Positions 37,649 through 48,273 of a DNA stretch of 64,000 nucleotides are shown piece after piece. The position numbers were made by a program, and so were the translations under genes. The notes beneath the pieces are model-generated. The model ran no database searches. It had not been told where the DNA came from and was given only the letters and a program-made list of their open reading frames with translations. The stretch's first letter is position 1, and each line of letters starts with the position of its first letter. This DNA comes from Thermoproteota archaeon (GTDB lineage Archaea > Korarchaeota > Korarchaeia > Korarchaeales > Korarchaeaceae): positions 1 to 64,000 of the forward strand of contig JAOZGP010000004.1 in NCBI GenBank assembly GCA_027491735.1. Direction: 5' to 3'.

Positions 37649-39345
37649 CAGCCCGTTGAGATCACAGGATCGATCACTTTGAGGCCGGTAACGTCTATAA
37701 GTCCTCTGCAGGTTACCCTGAGCTTCGGTATGACAGGTAGTGTTATGAAGGATAACACGGAGAAGGGATCCTCGAAGTTGGACTTTATGAATCTAGCTGC
37801 CCTCCTAAGCTCGGAGCTCCTTTCAGCAACAATTTCAGCTTTTTCAACGGACATTATTCCAAGCAAAGGGAGCTGAAGTTCTGCAAGCACTCTCCCACAG
37901 GAAACGACCGCCTGTCCTCCATGCAACTTCCTCACAACCTCGATGGCCTTCTCCATGTCCTGAAAGTTGTCTCCCACCACCACCAGGTTGTGGCTGTCGT
38001 GCGAGACTGTCGATGCCAGAGCACCGTTCCTTATTCCGAAACCTCTCACAAAGGCCTTTCCAACAGATCCCACGCCGCTGTGTCTCTCGATCACACACAC
38101 CTGAAGCACGTCCTTCTCTGGATCTGGGAGCACGATTCCTTTCCTCACCTTAAGTTCCTCCTCTCCGGATCCTGTGAGAAGAGATCCCTCATCTGCCTCT
38201 ATAACTCTGACCCTGACCCTATCAGCGTCCGTTCTCACCCTCAGATCGAGCTTCTTGGGGATCCTCACGGTGTTCAACAGACTCTGCTCGTATTTCCTCC
38301 TAGGGATCTCTAGCACCCTGCCGCCTCTGACAACTAATCGACCACCTACGATCGTGTGAACCACCTTCACCTTCTCCAAGTTTTTGAGGACGACCACGTC
38401 CGCCTTCTTGCCGGGAGCAAGACTTCCAAGATCATGGAGCCTGAACCTCTCAGCCACGTTTATAGTCGCCATCTGAATGGCCTGTATTGGATCGGCTCCC
38501 ATCTCGATGGCCAGACGTATGTTGTGGTCCACGTGACCTTTCTCGAGAAGATCCTCAGCTGACCTGTCGTCACAGCAAAGAAGGCACCTCCTCGTGTCCA
38601 TTCCTCTGCTAAGGACCACTGGAAGGATTTTTCTCATGTCCTGGGAGGCCGATCCCTCCCGAAGCATCACATACATTCCTAGCCTGAGTTTCTCCAAGAC
38701 CTCATCAGGGCAGGTCGATTCATGATCCGACTGAGGACCCTTCAGCATGTACTTACAGAGGTCCTTTCCTGAGAGAAGAGGGGCGTGACCGTCAACCACC
38801 CCCCAGATTCTCATGGCCATGTGGACCTTGCTCAGAAGCCTCCCATCTCCCCCTATCAGGCCATGATAGTTCATCACCTCAGCAAGTCCAACGACCATCT
38901 CCTCGTCTCGGTAGCTCAGAATGTCCTCCTCATCAATTCTCGCACCAGATACGTCCAGTTCTTCGACAGCCGGAACGCAACTTGGGATCAGAACAAATAT
39001 CCTCAGAGGAGAGGGAGTCCTGAGGAACAAATCCACACCTCTCTTTCCCGCCACGTTTGCTGACTCATGAGGATCTATGAAGACCGAGGTCGTTCCTCTT
39101 AGGAGGACAACCCTCGAGAACTCCTCAGGTGATAGCTTGCTGCTCTCTATGTGGATGTGAGCGTCCATGAAGCCAGGAGATATATACATCTCCGTTACAT
39201 TGATCTCCTCGCCGGAAAGATCTTTGAGATCCCCTATACACACAATCCGCCCATCTTTTATGGCTACATCCGCTGTGAAGATGTCTCTGGCGTGGACATC
39301 TATTACAAACCCATCCCTGAGTATCAGATCAACCCTGTCGGGCAC
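37648..39345 (-). CDS. ade: Adenine deaminase
   Basis: DAHIHIESS, DPHE, EVMNY, DGHAP, DHE, REGS, HDSHN. Confidence 0.94.
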   Translation of the reverse strand: MPDRVDLILRDGFVIDVHARDIFTADVAIKDGRIVCIGDLKDLSGEEINVTEMYISPGFMDAHIHIESSKLSPEEFSRVVLLRGTTSVFIDPHESANVAGKRGVDLFLRTPSPLRIFVLIPSCVPAVEELDVSGARIDEEDILSYRDEEMVVGLAEVMNYHGLIGGDGRLLSKVHMAMRIWGVVDGHAPLLSGKDLCKYMLKGPQSDHESTCPDEVLEKLRLGMYVMLREGSASQDMRKILPVVLSRGMDTRRCLLCCDDRSAEDLLEKGHVDHNIRLAIEMGADPIQAIQMATINVAERFRLHDLGSLAPGKKADVVVLKNLEKVKVVHTIVGGRLVVRGGRVLEIPRRKYEQSLLNTVRIPKKLDLRVRTDADRVRVRVIEADEGSLLTGSGEEELKVRKGIVLPDPEKDVLQVCVIERHSGVGSVGKAFVRGFGIRNGALASTVSHDSHNLVVVGDNFQDMEKAIEVVRKLHGGQAVVSCGRVLAELQLPLLGIMSVEKAEIVAERSSELRRAARFIKSNFEDPFSVLSFITLPVIPKLRVTCRGLIDVTGLKVIDPVISTG

Positions 39346-39375
39346 GTGGAGAATGTCGATATCAAAAATAAAAAC

Positions 39376-40560
39376 TCAGTCCGAGGCCACCGTTTCTCTC
39401 CACATGCGCCTAGCCAGATTGCCGTCGTACTTGAATGTGTTTATCAGCTCCTTGGCCTCGTCCCTCCTGGATTGATGCTCCTCTAAGAACTTCTCCACCT
39501 TCTCTATCAGCATGTCCTTCAGCTCTCCTGTGAGGAGGGAGCCCGATCTGTAGGCCTCTCTTATCTCCTCTATCCTGGCATCATCAGGTTCAAAGAACAT
39601 GTAAAGCCACTGAAAAGACACGTCTATGTCTGGATTACCGCCCAGTTTCCTGTGGAGCTCCACCGTGGGTTGACCGCCGGAGAAGGCATACTTGTAGATC
39701 TTCTCCTTGATGGTCTTGGGGGGATCATTCAGATATATCGCTGTCTCCGGTCTGGAGGAGCTCATCTTCCCTTGAAATCCAGTGAGGGGCGGAATGAACT
39801 TGCTGTGTATGGCTGCAGCCTTGTAGAACCCAAGACCCTCAGCAATGTCCCTCTGAACTCTCCAGTAGGGATCCTGGTCTATAGCTGCAGGTATGAGGCA
39901 TCTCCTTCTCTCGAAGAGGGTTGGAACTATCTGCACAGCAGGGAAGAAGATCATCCCTATGTTGGTCGAGGTGTTGAAGCCGAACACTGCCCTCACGGTG
40001 CTGAAGTTCACCTTCTTCGCTACCTTTATGGCCGCCTCGTACATGTGTCCCATGTACTCCGTGTCCTGAAATATGAAGGTCCTGTCGGGATCGAAACCAA
40101 CAGCTATTATGTCCAGAGCATTCTCGTATGACCACTTCTTTGTCTCCATAAGAGACAGCCTCCTCTTCTTCTCTAAGAACTTCTCATCATCTGTTAGTTG
40201 AATGTAAACGTTTACCTTGAACCTTTCCTGAAGCCACTTGGTGAAGTAAAAGGGAATTATATGTCCTATGTGCATCGGGCCGCTTGGCCCCCTACCGGTG
40301 TAGAGGAAAAATCCTCCACCCTTCTCATAGTCCTCCAAGACCTTATCCAGATCCCTGTGGGAGAAGAATATCCCCCTCCTCAGCATGTAGTGGCTTTCCC
40401 CCGCTAGTCTCTCTAGGCGCTCTATCAGGGAGCGATCAAACTTCTGTGTTCCAAACTCTTCTATCAACCTGTCATAATCTACTCTCCCCTCGACTTCCCA
40501 GGGAGTCACGCTTCCTTCAGCAGCTCTCTCGCCACCAAAGTAGATCCCCCATGAGATCAC
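39376..40560 (-). CDS. trpS: Tryptophan--tRNA ligase (archaeal type)
   Basis: VTPWEV, YTGRGPS, HIGH, DQDPY, KMSSS. Confidence 0.96.
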   Translation of the reverse strand: MISWGIYFGGERAAEGSVTPWEVEGRVDYDRLIEEFGTQKFDRSLIERLERLAGESHYMLRRGIFFSHRDLDKVLEDYEKGGGFFLYTGRGPSGPMHIGHIIPFYFTKWLQERFKVNVYIQLTDDEKFLEKKRRLSLMETKKWSYENALDIIAVGFDPDRTFIFQDTEYMGHMYEAAIKVAKKVNFSTVRAVFGFNTSTNIGMIFFPAVQIVPTLFERRRCLIPAAIDQDPYWRVQRDIAEGLGFYKAAAIHSKFIPPLTGFQGKMSSSRPETAIYLNDPPKTIKEKIYKYAFSGGQPTVELHRKLGGNPDIDVSFQWLYMFFEPDDARIEEIREAYRSGSLLTGELKDMLIEKVEKFLEEHQSRRDEAKELINTFKYDGNLARRMWRETVASD

Positions 40561-40690
40561 CTTCCCTCGACTTCCCAGCTTTCTTAAAAAATTGATGATC
40601 TTTCCCGCTCTCGAGAACCTGGACTCCGAATCGATGTTTCACTCATTCAGACGAAGGTTCTTATATCTATAAACCGATCTCGTCAGCGTC

Positions 40691-41863
40691 ATGAACTCGC
40701 TTCTGATCCTCTCGATTCTGATAGTGGTTATGCTTCTCCTCATGATGAGAAGAGCGAATATAGGAGCATCGATTATTGTTGTTGCCCTGACCCTGGGGGT
40801 CATGACCTTACCTCCTGGAGATCTAGCGAGGTCCGCTGAAAACACACTTACGTCCTGGGATCTGTACAGACTGATCATCCTCGTCTCCTTGGCCATAGCC
40901 TTGAGTCGAGCGATGAAGCTCAACGGAATGCTTGAGATCATAACCGATGCATTCAGCTCACTGAATCCGCAGATATCCATGTACGCCATACCCATGCTCA
41001 TAGGACTGGTTCCGATGCCTGGAGGAGCTATGGTATCAGCATTGATGACCAAAGAAGTCTTCTCTAAGGAGAGGATCAGTTGGGATCTGGCCACTTTCAT
41101 AAACTACTGGTTCAGGCATGTGTGGATACCCATCTGGCCCCTTTATCAGGGCCTTATCTTCTCCATGATCATATTTGAGGTCGGAGCTCCTGAGCTGGTC
41201 TCAGTTGGTTGGAGCATAACCCTGGGAGCCGTGATGGCTGGGCTGCTGGTCTCGGCTTGGAAGGTCGGGCGCCTCAGGTTTGGAGAGATCAGGCTGAGGG
41301 AATTCCTGTTTCTGTGGCCTATAATTCTCTTAGCTGCGATGATACTCATCCTACACCTGAAACTGGAGCTGGCCCTTGCCTTGACTCTGATAGCGGTTGT
41401 GATCGCCAGAAGGCCTGAGAACTGGAGAAAAATTCTAAGGGACTCGCTCGACCCGACAGTTGTGCTCCTTATGGTGGGAGTCATGCTTTTCAAGGGATTC
41501 TCCTGCGCTTCCAACTTTCCCAGGCTATTCTACTCTCAGATGACGTCCATGGGAGTCGATATGAGGTTAGTCTCCTTCATCCTCCCGTTAACGATAGGCC
41601 TTCTCACAGGAGCTGAGATTAACTTCGCCTCCATAGCTTTCCCCATGCTCGTGAGCTATGTGGGGGTAGGGAGCTCCTTCGTTGGTAGCAGGTACTTGAT
41701 CGCCATGGCTGGAGGTATGTTGGGTGTCCTCCTCTCCCCGATGCACCTCTGCCTGATTCTGACGTCCAAGGTCTACGGAGTTCACGTTACGGATGCCTAC
41801 AGGTATTTAATACCGTCCTCCGTGATCATGGCATCTATCGTTCTGCTGTTTTATCTTCTGTAG
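40691..41863 (+). CDS. DUF401-family membrane transporter-like protein
   Basis: GLVPMPGGA.VSA, NYWFRH, SPMHLC. Confidence 0.85.
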   Translation: MNSLLILSILIVVMLLLMMRRANIGASIIVVALTLGVMTLPPGDLARSAENTLTSWDLYRLIILVSLAIALSRAMKLNGMLEIITDAFSSLNPQISMYAIPMLIGLVPMPGGAMVSALMTKEVFSKERISWDLATFINYWFRHVWIPIWPLYQGLIFSMIIFEVGAPELVSVGWSITLGAVMAGLLVSAWKVGRLRFGEIRLREFLFLWPIILLAAMILILHLKLELALALTLIAVVIARRPENWRKILRDSLDPTVVLLMVGVMLFKGFSCASNFPRLFYSQMTSMGVDMRLVSFILPLTIGLLTGAEINFASIAFPMLVSYVGVGSSFVGSRYLIAMAGGMLGVLLSPMHLCLILTSKVYGVHVTDAYRYLIPSSVIMASIVLLFYLL

Positions 41864-42340
41864 GATCGTCTCGATATCTCCCTGGCCAGCTCAAGCACCC
41901 TTCTAGCCATCGACTTGTCGGCACCGATATAGCTCACTTGAACAGTACACACTACCAAACGAGCGAACGACCTCCGAATATTGCTCTCTGTGATTTTTCT
42001 CAGCTCGCCAGTTAGTTCGGTATCAGTTCTATGTACACCGTACTGCGATGATGCTCACCCTACACCTGAAATGTAGATCCCCTTCCCTCACCACAACAGG
42101 CACAGGCTGAGCTCTTCTAGCTCATCGCCCAGTTCAAGCTTGATCTCTATGATACTTCGCCCATCCAAGGGCCTGGATCTCCCTTCACCACAATCAAGAC
42201 GCTAGCTCCAAGTATAGGTACCTTCTAGAATGTCCAGAGCAGCCACATCCCTGATAGGAACTCCCCTCCAGTCCTTTCAATAAATTTGTCCACTACTTTT
42301 TACTCTGGGTTTATGTTAAATGGATGTAAAACGCTGAAGA

Positions 42341-43444
42341 TCAGTCCCCAAACACCATCACGGGCTTCAACATCTCATCATCCAGTCTGAGGTTGCCCAG
42401 TCCGGGTCCTTCTGGAGGTCTCCTGCGTCCGTTCATGCAGGGAGATCCGCCCTCGACAACTACATCTCTCACAAGGGACAGATCGGAGTCCAAATCAGTG
42501 GTCACTATGTTCTTCACACCCGCAGCCAGGTGGACAGCCGCTGCTATTGACACTCCTCCCTCCATCATACATCCCACCATGTTGGGAACTCCAGCGGCTT
42601 CGCAGATTGAGGCTATCTTCATGGCCTTTAGCAGGCCGCCTGACTTGACAAGTTTTATGTTTACGTAGTCAGCTGCCCTCATCTCCACGACCCTGAGGGC
42701 GTTCCTCGGCGAGCGGACGCTTTCATCAGCCATCACAGGTATCGGGGAGGCAGCTCTGACCTCGGCCAATCCCTCCAGATCGAACCACTTAACCGGCTGC
42801 TCCGCCAGTTCTACATCGTACCTGTACATCTCGTTGAGGCACCTCACGGCCTGCTTGACGGACCATCCCTGGTTGGCATCCACCCTTATCCTGATGTCCG
42901 ATCCCACAGCGTCCCTCACCGAGCTGACCCTCTCGATGTCCTCAACTGAATCGACTCCCACCTTGAGCTTCAGGATTTTAAAGCCGTTCTCCACATACCT
43001 GACAGCATCCTTAGCAATTTCATCTGGCTTTTTTATTCCTATGGTTATGTCCGTCTCTACCTCATCCCTGTATCCTCCGAGCATCCTCCACAAAGGCAAT
43101 CCACTTTTCCTGCACATCAGATCGAGAATCGCCATCTCCAGAGCAAGCTTCGCGCCTGAGTTGCCCAAGGTGATGCGATCCATCGTCTCCTCCACGATCC
43201 CAATCCTCGAGACCTCAAGTCCTATGAGCGAAGGGGCCAGCTCTGCTACAGCAGCTTCCATAGTTTTGGTGCTTTCACCGACTATCCTCATCGCCGGAGA
43301 GGTCTCTCCCAGTCCAAAGTTTTCCTCCTCATCGAATACCTTAACGATCAAATCCGTGCTGGAAACAGATGTCCCAAGGGATATCGTGAATGGTTCCTTG
43401 TACTCCAGATATGCTTCATAGACCTCTATCCTCCTTACCACCAT
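42341..43444 (-). CDS. Dipeptide epimerase (enolase superfamily, L-Ala-D/L-Glu epimerase-like)
   Basis: KLKVG, DANQG, EQP, DES, NIKL, GCM.E, DLD. Confidence 0.9.
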   Translation of the reverse strand: MVVRRIEVYEAYLEYKEPFTISLGTSVSSTDLIVKVFDEEENFGLGETSPAMRIVGESTKTMEAAVAELAPSLIGLEVSRIGIVEETMDRITLGNSGAKLALEMAILDLMCRKSGLPLWRMLGGYRDEVETDITIGIKKPDEIAKDAVRYVENGFKILKLKVGVDSVEDIERVSSVRDAVGSDIRIRVDANQGWSVKQAVRCLNEMYRYDVELAEQPVKWFDLEGLAEVRAASPIPVMADESVRSPRNALRVVEMRAADYVNIKLVKSGGLLKAMKIASICEAAGVPNMVGCMMEGGVSIAAAVHLAAGVKNIVTTDLDSDLSLVRDVVVEGGSPCMNGRRRPPEGPGLGNLRLDDEMLKPVMVFGD

Positions 43445-43579
43445 GAGGATCACAAGGAACACCCGTCGGGTTGCTTAGGAGCTTTTCTAATCCATCTATA
43501 CGCTATATGTATCTAGCTATATAGTTGGAAGGAGAAATCACTTTATATGAGGTTCTGGGAATAAATATCTGGGGATCAC

Positions 43580-45019
43580 ATGGACAACGATGGAATTGAG
43601 GTCCCCAAGCTGATTTCATCTATAAGAAAAGTTGTAGGTAATGGTATCGTTAGGTCAACTATAAGAAAGCTTGGTCAGAAGAACCTTGAAAGGTTGCTGG
43701 GGATCTATGCTGGAGTTGATGAACCTGAGAGCATAAAGGAAAGAGTGCTCTCCTTTTTATTGTCTGAGGTTCTTCAGAAGGCAGCCTCCCGCTTCGGTGC
43801 TAGAGAGGAAGATCTCAAGCGCAGCCTTAAGGATCCCTACATGAGAAAGGGCATAGCCAACATACTTACGGGGATAGCTGAGTACGGGATAACAAGGCCT
43901 CAGAGGCTTCATGCTCCCTTCATGATAGTATGGGACTTCACCAAGCAATGCAATCTCAGGTGCAAGCACTGCTATGCCAACGCCACGAGATCGCCAGCTC
44001 CAGATGAACTCATCCTTGAAGAGAAATTCGAGGTCCTCAGGCAGCTTGATGAGGCTGGCGTTGCGGCTCTATCGTTCTCTGGAGGAGAACCACTCATAAA
44101 TAGGGATTTCTGGCCTGTAGCTAAGAAGGCAGCTGATCTCGGGATGTACGTCAGCATTGCCACCAATGGAACTCTGATAACTGAGGACGTCGCTAGGAGG
44201 CTCAGGGAGATAGGAGTCAGATATGTGGAGGTCAGCCTGGACTCTCCGATACCTGAAGAACACGACGAGTTCCGGGGGATAAGGGGGGCCTGGAACATGG
44301 CTGTAAGGGGGATAAAGAACGCCAAGGCTGTTGGGCTGGAGGTCGGAATAGCTACCACAGTCACGAAGATGAACTACGACAGGATGCCGGAGATGGTATC
44401 TCTGGCCAGGAAACTTGGGGTTGACAGGTTCATAGCCTTCAATTTCATCCCGACCGGCAGAGGAAGGGAGATCATCGATCTGGATCTCTCGCCTAAGGAG
44501 AGGACAGAGCTTCTTGAGTATTTTTACCAAGAGCTAGTTAAGGGAGGTTTACAGGTTTTCTCCACCGCTCCGTTCTATGCAGTGGTCTCAATGAAGCACC
44601 TCGATGATGGAGGTAAGCTCGCTCCAACACACTTCGCCGAGCTTCAAGTCCCTGAGAAGTACATGTCTGCAGGCTTTGCTCTAGCTGAGTTTCTCGGAGG
44701 ATGTGGTGCTGGGAGGATATACTGCTCGATAGAGCACAATGGAGACATACAGCCCTGCGTCTTCCTGCCGATAAAAGTGGGCAATGTTCTTGAAGATGGA
44801 TTCCTCAATGTATGGCAAAACAACGAGGTTCTCCTCAAGCTGAGGGATAGAGACAACTACGCCGGGAGCTTCTGCCCCTATCGATATATATGCGGCGGGT
44901 GTAGAGCCAGAGCATACGCATATTTTGGAGATATAACTGCTCTGGATCCGAGTTGTGAGTTCAACGAGGATTTGTGGGAGGAGATCATCCGAGAAGTCCA
45001 AAGAGTTGAGGCTCGATGA
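43580..45019 (+). CDS. Radical SAM/SPASM domain protein
   Basis: CNLRCKHC, GGEP, GCGAG, CGGCRARA. Confidence 0.9.
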   Translation: MDNDGIEVPKLISSIRKVVGNGIVRSTIRKLGQKNLERLLGIYAGVDEPESIKERVLSFLLSEVLQKAASRFGAREEDLKRSLKDPYMRKGIANILTGIAEYGITRPQRLHAPFMIVWDFTKQCNLRCKHCYANATRSPAPDELILEEKFEVLRQLDEAGVAALSFSGGEPLINRDFWPVAKKAADLGMYVSIATNGTLITEDVARRLREIGVRYVEVSLDSPIPEEHDEFRGIRGAWNMAVRGIKNAKAVGLEVGIATTVTKMNYDRMPEMVSLARKLGVDRFIAFNFIPTGRGREIIDLDLSPKERTELLEYFYQELVKGGLQVFSTAPFYAVVSMKHLDDGGKLAPTHFAELQVPEKYMSAGFALAEFLGGCGAGRIYCSIEHNGDIQPCVFLPIKVGNVLEDGFLNVWQNNEVLLKLRDRDNYAGSFCPYRYICGGCRARAYAYFGDITALDPSCEFNEDLWEEIIREVQRVEAR

Positions 45020-46404
45020 GGACTCTCCGGATCCTTCTCATATCCCCCCCAACGGATTCCGCTATAAAGAGGACGTTAGGTGTTTCAGGCCCTCCTTTAG
45101 GATTAGCTTACCTGGCCTCCGTCGTGAGGGAGGAGGGCCACGAGGTCCGCATAGCCGACTCCTTAACTGAGGATTACACGTTTGACGACCTGAGGAAGGT
45201 CATAAAAAGCTACTACCCAGACGTTGTGGGGATCACGGCCACGACCTCAATGATACCAGATGCCTACACTGCGGCCGCCATCACCAAGGAGATCGATCCG
45301 GAGATCACCGTGATCATGGGGGGTCCACATGTGACGTTTGTCCCTGACCTCACATTCCAGGAATGTCCTCACGTAGACGTGATAGTTCGAGGGGAGGGGG
45401 AGGAGGTTCTTAGGCATCTGCTCATGGTGCTTCAGGGCAGAAAGGATCTCAAGGAGGTCAGGGGAATAAGTTACCTGAAGGATGGTGTCGTCAGACATAA
45501 TCCTCCCATGCCCCTGATAGATGACCTGGACAGCATACCGATACCTGCCTACGATCTGCTGCCCATGGATAAGTACAGGGTTGGAAGACTCAGGTTCGGA
45601 GTTATAATGACGTCGAGAGGGTGTCCCTTTCAGTGCATATTTTGCTCATCCTCCCTCCTTTTCGGAAAGACATGGAGAGGACACAGCCCGAGGAGAGTTC
45701 TTCAGGAGATAAGGATCCTATATGACGACTTCAAGGCCAGAGAGATAGAGTTCCTGGACGACACTTTCACCCTCAACAGGAGGAGAGCCAGAGAGATAAC
45801 TGATAAGATCGCTGAGGAAGGGTTGGACATCTCCTGGTCCGCCTCCTCCAGGGTGAACACATTCGACGCGGAGACAGGAAGGTGCATGAGAAGAGCGGGA
45901 TGTCATACGGTGTACTTCGGAATAGAATCCGGATCTCAGAGAACCCTGGATTTCATAGGCAAGGGAATAACTCTGCAGCAGGCAATTGATGCGGTCAGGA
46001 CAGCTAAAAAAGTAAAGCTCAGCCCTCTGGGATCTTTCATAATAGGGTTTCCCCACGAGACCAAGGAGGACGTGAAGAGAACGATTTCCTTCTCTAAAAG
46101 GGTTGGAGTTGATATGGCCCAGTTCACAGTGGCCACTCCCTATCCAGGAACAAAGCTCTGGGACTTGGCTCTGAGGAAGAACCTCCTCCTCACGAGGAAC
46201 TGGAGAAAGTTCACCACACTGAATGTGGTGATGAGGAGCTTCCACCTCACTGCCAGACAGATACAGAGGTTTCTGGGATGGGCTTACATCTCATTTTACC
46301 TGAGGCCAAAGATAGTGTTGACGGACATCGTGAAAAACAAGGGATTCATACTGAAGAAGGCCTTGCCAGCGGCCATATCCTACCTTCTCCGAAGAAGCGA
46401 CTAG
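45016..46404 (+). CDS. B12-binding class B radical SAM protein
   Basis: PPLGLAYLA, GGPH, RGEGE, SRGCPFQCIFC, GIESG, PYPGT. Confidence 0.9.
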   Translation: MRTLRILLISPPTDSAIKRTLGVSGPPLGLAYLASVVREEGHEVRIADSLTEDYTFDDLRKVIKSYYPDVVGITATTSMIPDAYTAAAITKEIDPEITVIMGGPHVTFVPDLTFQECPHVDVIVRGEGEEVLRHLLMVLQGRKDLKEVRGISYLKDGVVRHNPPMPLIDDLDSIPIPAYDLLPMDKYRVGRLRFGVIMTSRGCPFQCIFCSSSLLFGKTWRGHSPRRVLQEIRILYDDFKAREIEFLDDTFTLNRRRAREITDKIAEEGLDISWSASSRVNTFDAETGRCMRRAGCHTVYFGIESGSQRTLDFIGKGITLQQAIDAVRTAKKVKLSPLGSFIIGFPHETKEDVKRTISFSKRVGVDMAQFTVATPYPGTKLWDLALRKNLLLTRNWRKFTTLNVVMRSFHLTARQIQRFLGWAYISFYLRPKIVLTDIVKNKGFILKKALPAAISYLLRRSD

Positions 46405-47357
46405 AGCACATACCTGGCCGAGTACATCAGGTGCATGTTGATCGTTGCTTCGTGGAGAGCTAACCAGTCTGAATAGCTCATCCTCCACTCAACGGCCCCG
46501 ACGAGATCCTCCACCTGCTTCGATGTCTTGGCTCCCGGGATCGGAACCACTGCAGGGCTGCTCATGAGGAGCCAGTTCAGGGCCACCTGAACAGGCTTTT
46601 TGTTGTACTTCTCGCCAACTTCCTTGAGAACTTTGACCACATCCCACACCTTTTTGTAGTTCTCCGGATGAAAAACAGGGTCGTTTGACCTCACGTCCTC
46701 GAAGAGGTGATGTCCTGGAGGATATTTTCCAGTGAGTGCCCCTTTAGCAATCGGGCTCCAAGCCTGCACGGTCATGCAATGTTTCTCAGCGTAAGGTACG
46801 AGCTCAGCCTCTGCCCACCTCTCGACCAGATTGTACCTCACCTGCAGGACCTCGACATCCGCTTTAGAGAGATAGCTCCTGAAGCTCTCGACGAGCTCGA
46901 CAGGATGATCGCTCAACCCCAAGCACCTAACCTTACCCATGTTCACCAGGCTCTCCATGGCCCTCGCGTATTCCTTGAGCGGAAAGTTGTGCCAGCAAGG
47001 AGGCCAGTGAGCGAGAAGTACGTCTACGCAGTCCAATCCAAGGTTTCTTAAGGACTTCTCCACAGATGCAGGAACATCAAGCTTGTTCAGAAACTCGCCA
47101 GGTACCTTGGTGGATATCACCACATCATCTCCGTCGACTCCCGCCTCTCTGAGCGCTTCCCCGAGCAACCTCTCACTGGTCCCCATTCCATAGACCATGG
47201 CTGTGTCAAAGAAGTTTATCCCAAGATCTAGAGCCCGTGATACCACTTTCGAGGCCATCTCCTTGGAGGGCGTTCCCCAAGCATCACTGAACTGCCACGT
47301 TCCCAGCCCTATTCTCGATATCCTGAGATTAGTTCTCCCGAGCCTCAGGTACTCCAA
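46401..47357 (-). CDS. Aldo/keto reductase
   Basis: GLGTWQ, FDTA..YG, AHWP, WSP, PIPGAK. Confidence 0.92.
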   Translation of the reverse strand: MEYLRLGRTNLRISRIGLGTWQFSDAWGTPSKEMASKVVSRALDLGINFFDTAMVYGMGTSERLLGEALREAGVDGDDVVISTKVPGEFLNKLDVPASVEKSLRNLGLDCVDVLLAHWPPCWHNFPLKEYARAMESLVNMGKVRCLGLSDHPVELVESFRSYLSKADVEVLQVRYNLVERWAEAELVPYAEKHCMTVQAWSPIAKGALTGKYPPGHHLFEDVRSNDPVFHPENYKKVWDVVKVLKEVGEKYNKKPVQVALNWLLMSSPAVVPIPGAKTSKQVEDLVGAVEWRMSYSDWLALHEATINMHLMYSARYVL

Positions 47358-47398
47358 TCTCTGTCCCCGCCAAGTGGACAGGCCGCTTCCTTAAATTC

Positions 47399-47683
47399 CT
47401 ATATTACATTGAATCCAAAGGCCTCGAGGATCCTCCTCATCCTGTCGAACTCCCTGAGAAACCTCCTGCCCTTCTCTGTTACTTGATAGACCTTTGAGTC
47501 TCCCTTGGAGATCTCCTCTATGAGATCCCTCTCCTTGAGATCGCTTAGATATCTGTTCAGGCGATCCCACGATAAGTTTGCTCTTTGAAGGACCCTAGTT
47601 GGGCAGGCATTACCCTCCTCCGCTATCGCCCGTAGCATGTCCGCGTATATCGCCAGCCTAGATCTGTAGGGCAGCGAGATCAC
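47399..47683 (-). CDS. Winged-helix transcriptional regulator (COG3432-like)
   Basis: RSRLAIYADML, ANLS, YQVTEKG. Confidence 0.85.
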   Translation of the reverse strand: MISLPYRSRLAIYADMLRAIAEEGNACPTRVLQRANLSWDRLNRYLSDLKERDLIEEISKGDSKVYQVTEKGRRFLREFDRMRRILEAFGFNVI

Positions 47684-48273
47684 CTCACAGACAGAAGTAT
47701 CAGGACTAAGCCAGAGGTTCTGAGAAGCTCACCGAGGAGTTGAAGCTGGAAAGCCGGTATCATGGGAAAAGCATGTCCTAGGGACATCAGAGCAAATCCC
47801 AGAAGTGCTGTCAACGTCCTTCTGCTCTTCCCCTTGGAGTAGGCAATGAACAGGTTCATCACTATGTATATCAACAGGAAGAGACATATCAGGTTGGACG
47901 TGATCATCATGCATGCGATAAGGAGGAGGGGTGAAGCAAGCACTTCCCGGCGCATGTATCCAAGAGCAAGAGATGTGTAAGCAAGCACCTCAGAGACCGC
48001 CAGGACCAAGCTGGCCCCCTCCAGGAGGGAGACTACAAATCCGGATTCAAGAACTTTGGGATATCTCGTCAGCAGGAGAGCCATAGATGAACCCAGAAAG
48101 TACGTCAGGGACCCTGCGCCAAGCAGCAGAAAGGCTATGTTCAGGTGTAAAAATACCTTCTCCTTACTGAGGTTATAGAACCTCACAGCCCTGTAACCTA
48201 TGAAGAAGGCCACGATCGTCTGGATCGGATACAGCGGGAGCTCTGATCTTATGAGATGAAGGAGAAGCACCAC
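47680..48273 (-). CDS. Multi-pass membrane protein
   Basis: About 6 TM helices; coupled to the wHTH gene. Confidence 0.65.
   Translation of the reverse strand: MVLLLHLIRSELPLYPIQTIVAFFIGYRAVRFYNLSKEKVFLHLNIAFLLLGAGSLTYFLGSSMALLLTRYPKVLESGFVVSLLEGASLVLAVSEVLAYTSLALGYMRREVLASPLLLIACMMITSNLICLFLLIYIVMNLFIAYSKGKSRRTLTALLGFALMSLGHAFPMIPAFQLQLLGELLRTSGLVLILLSVR

Noticed and set aside
40590-40655. C/D-box sRNA upstream of trpS
   Set aside because: TGATGA is present but there is no canonical D box, and the region is a divergent promoter
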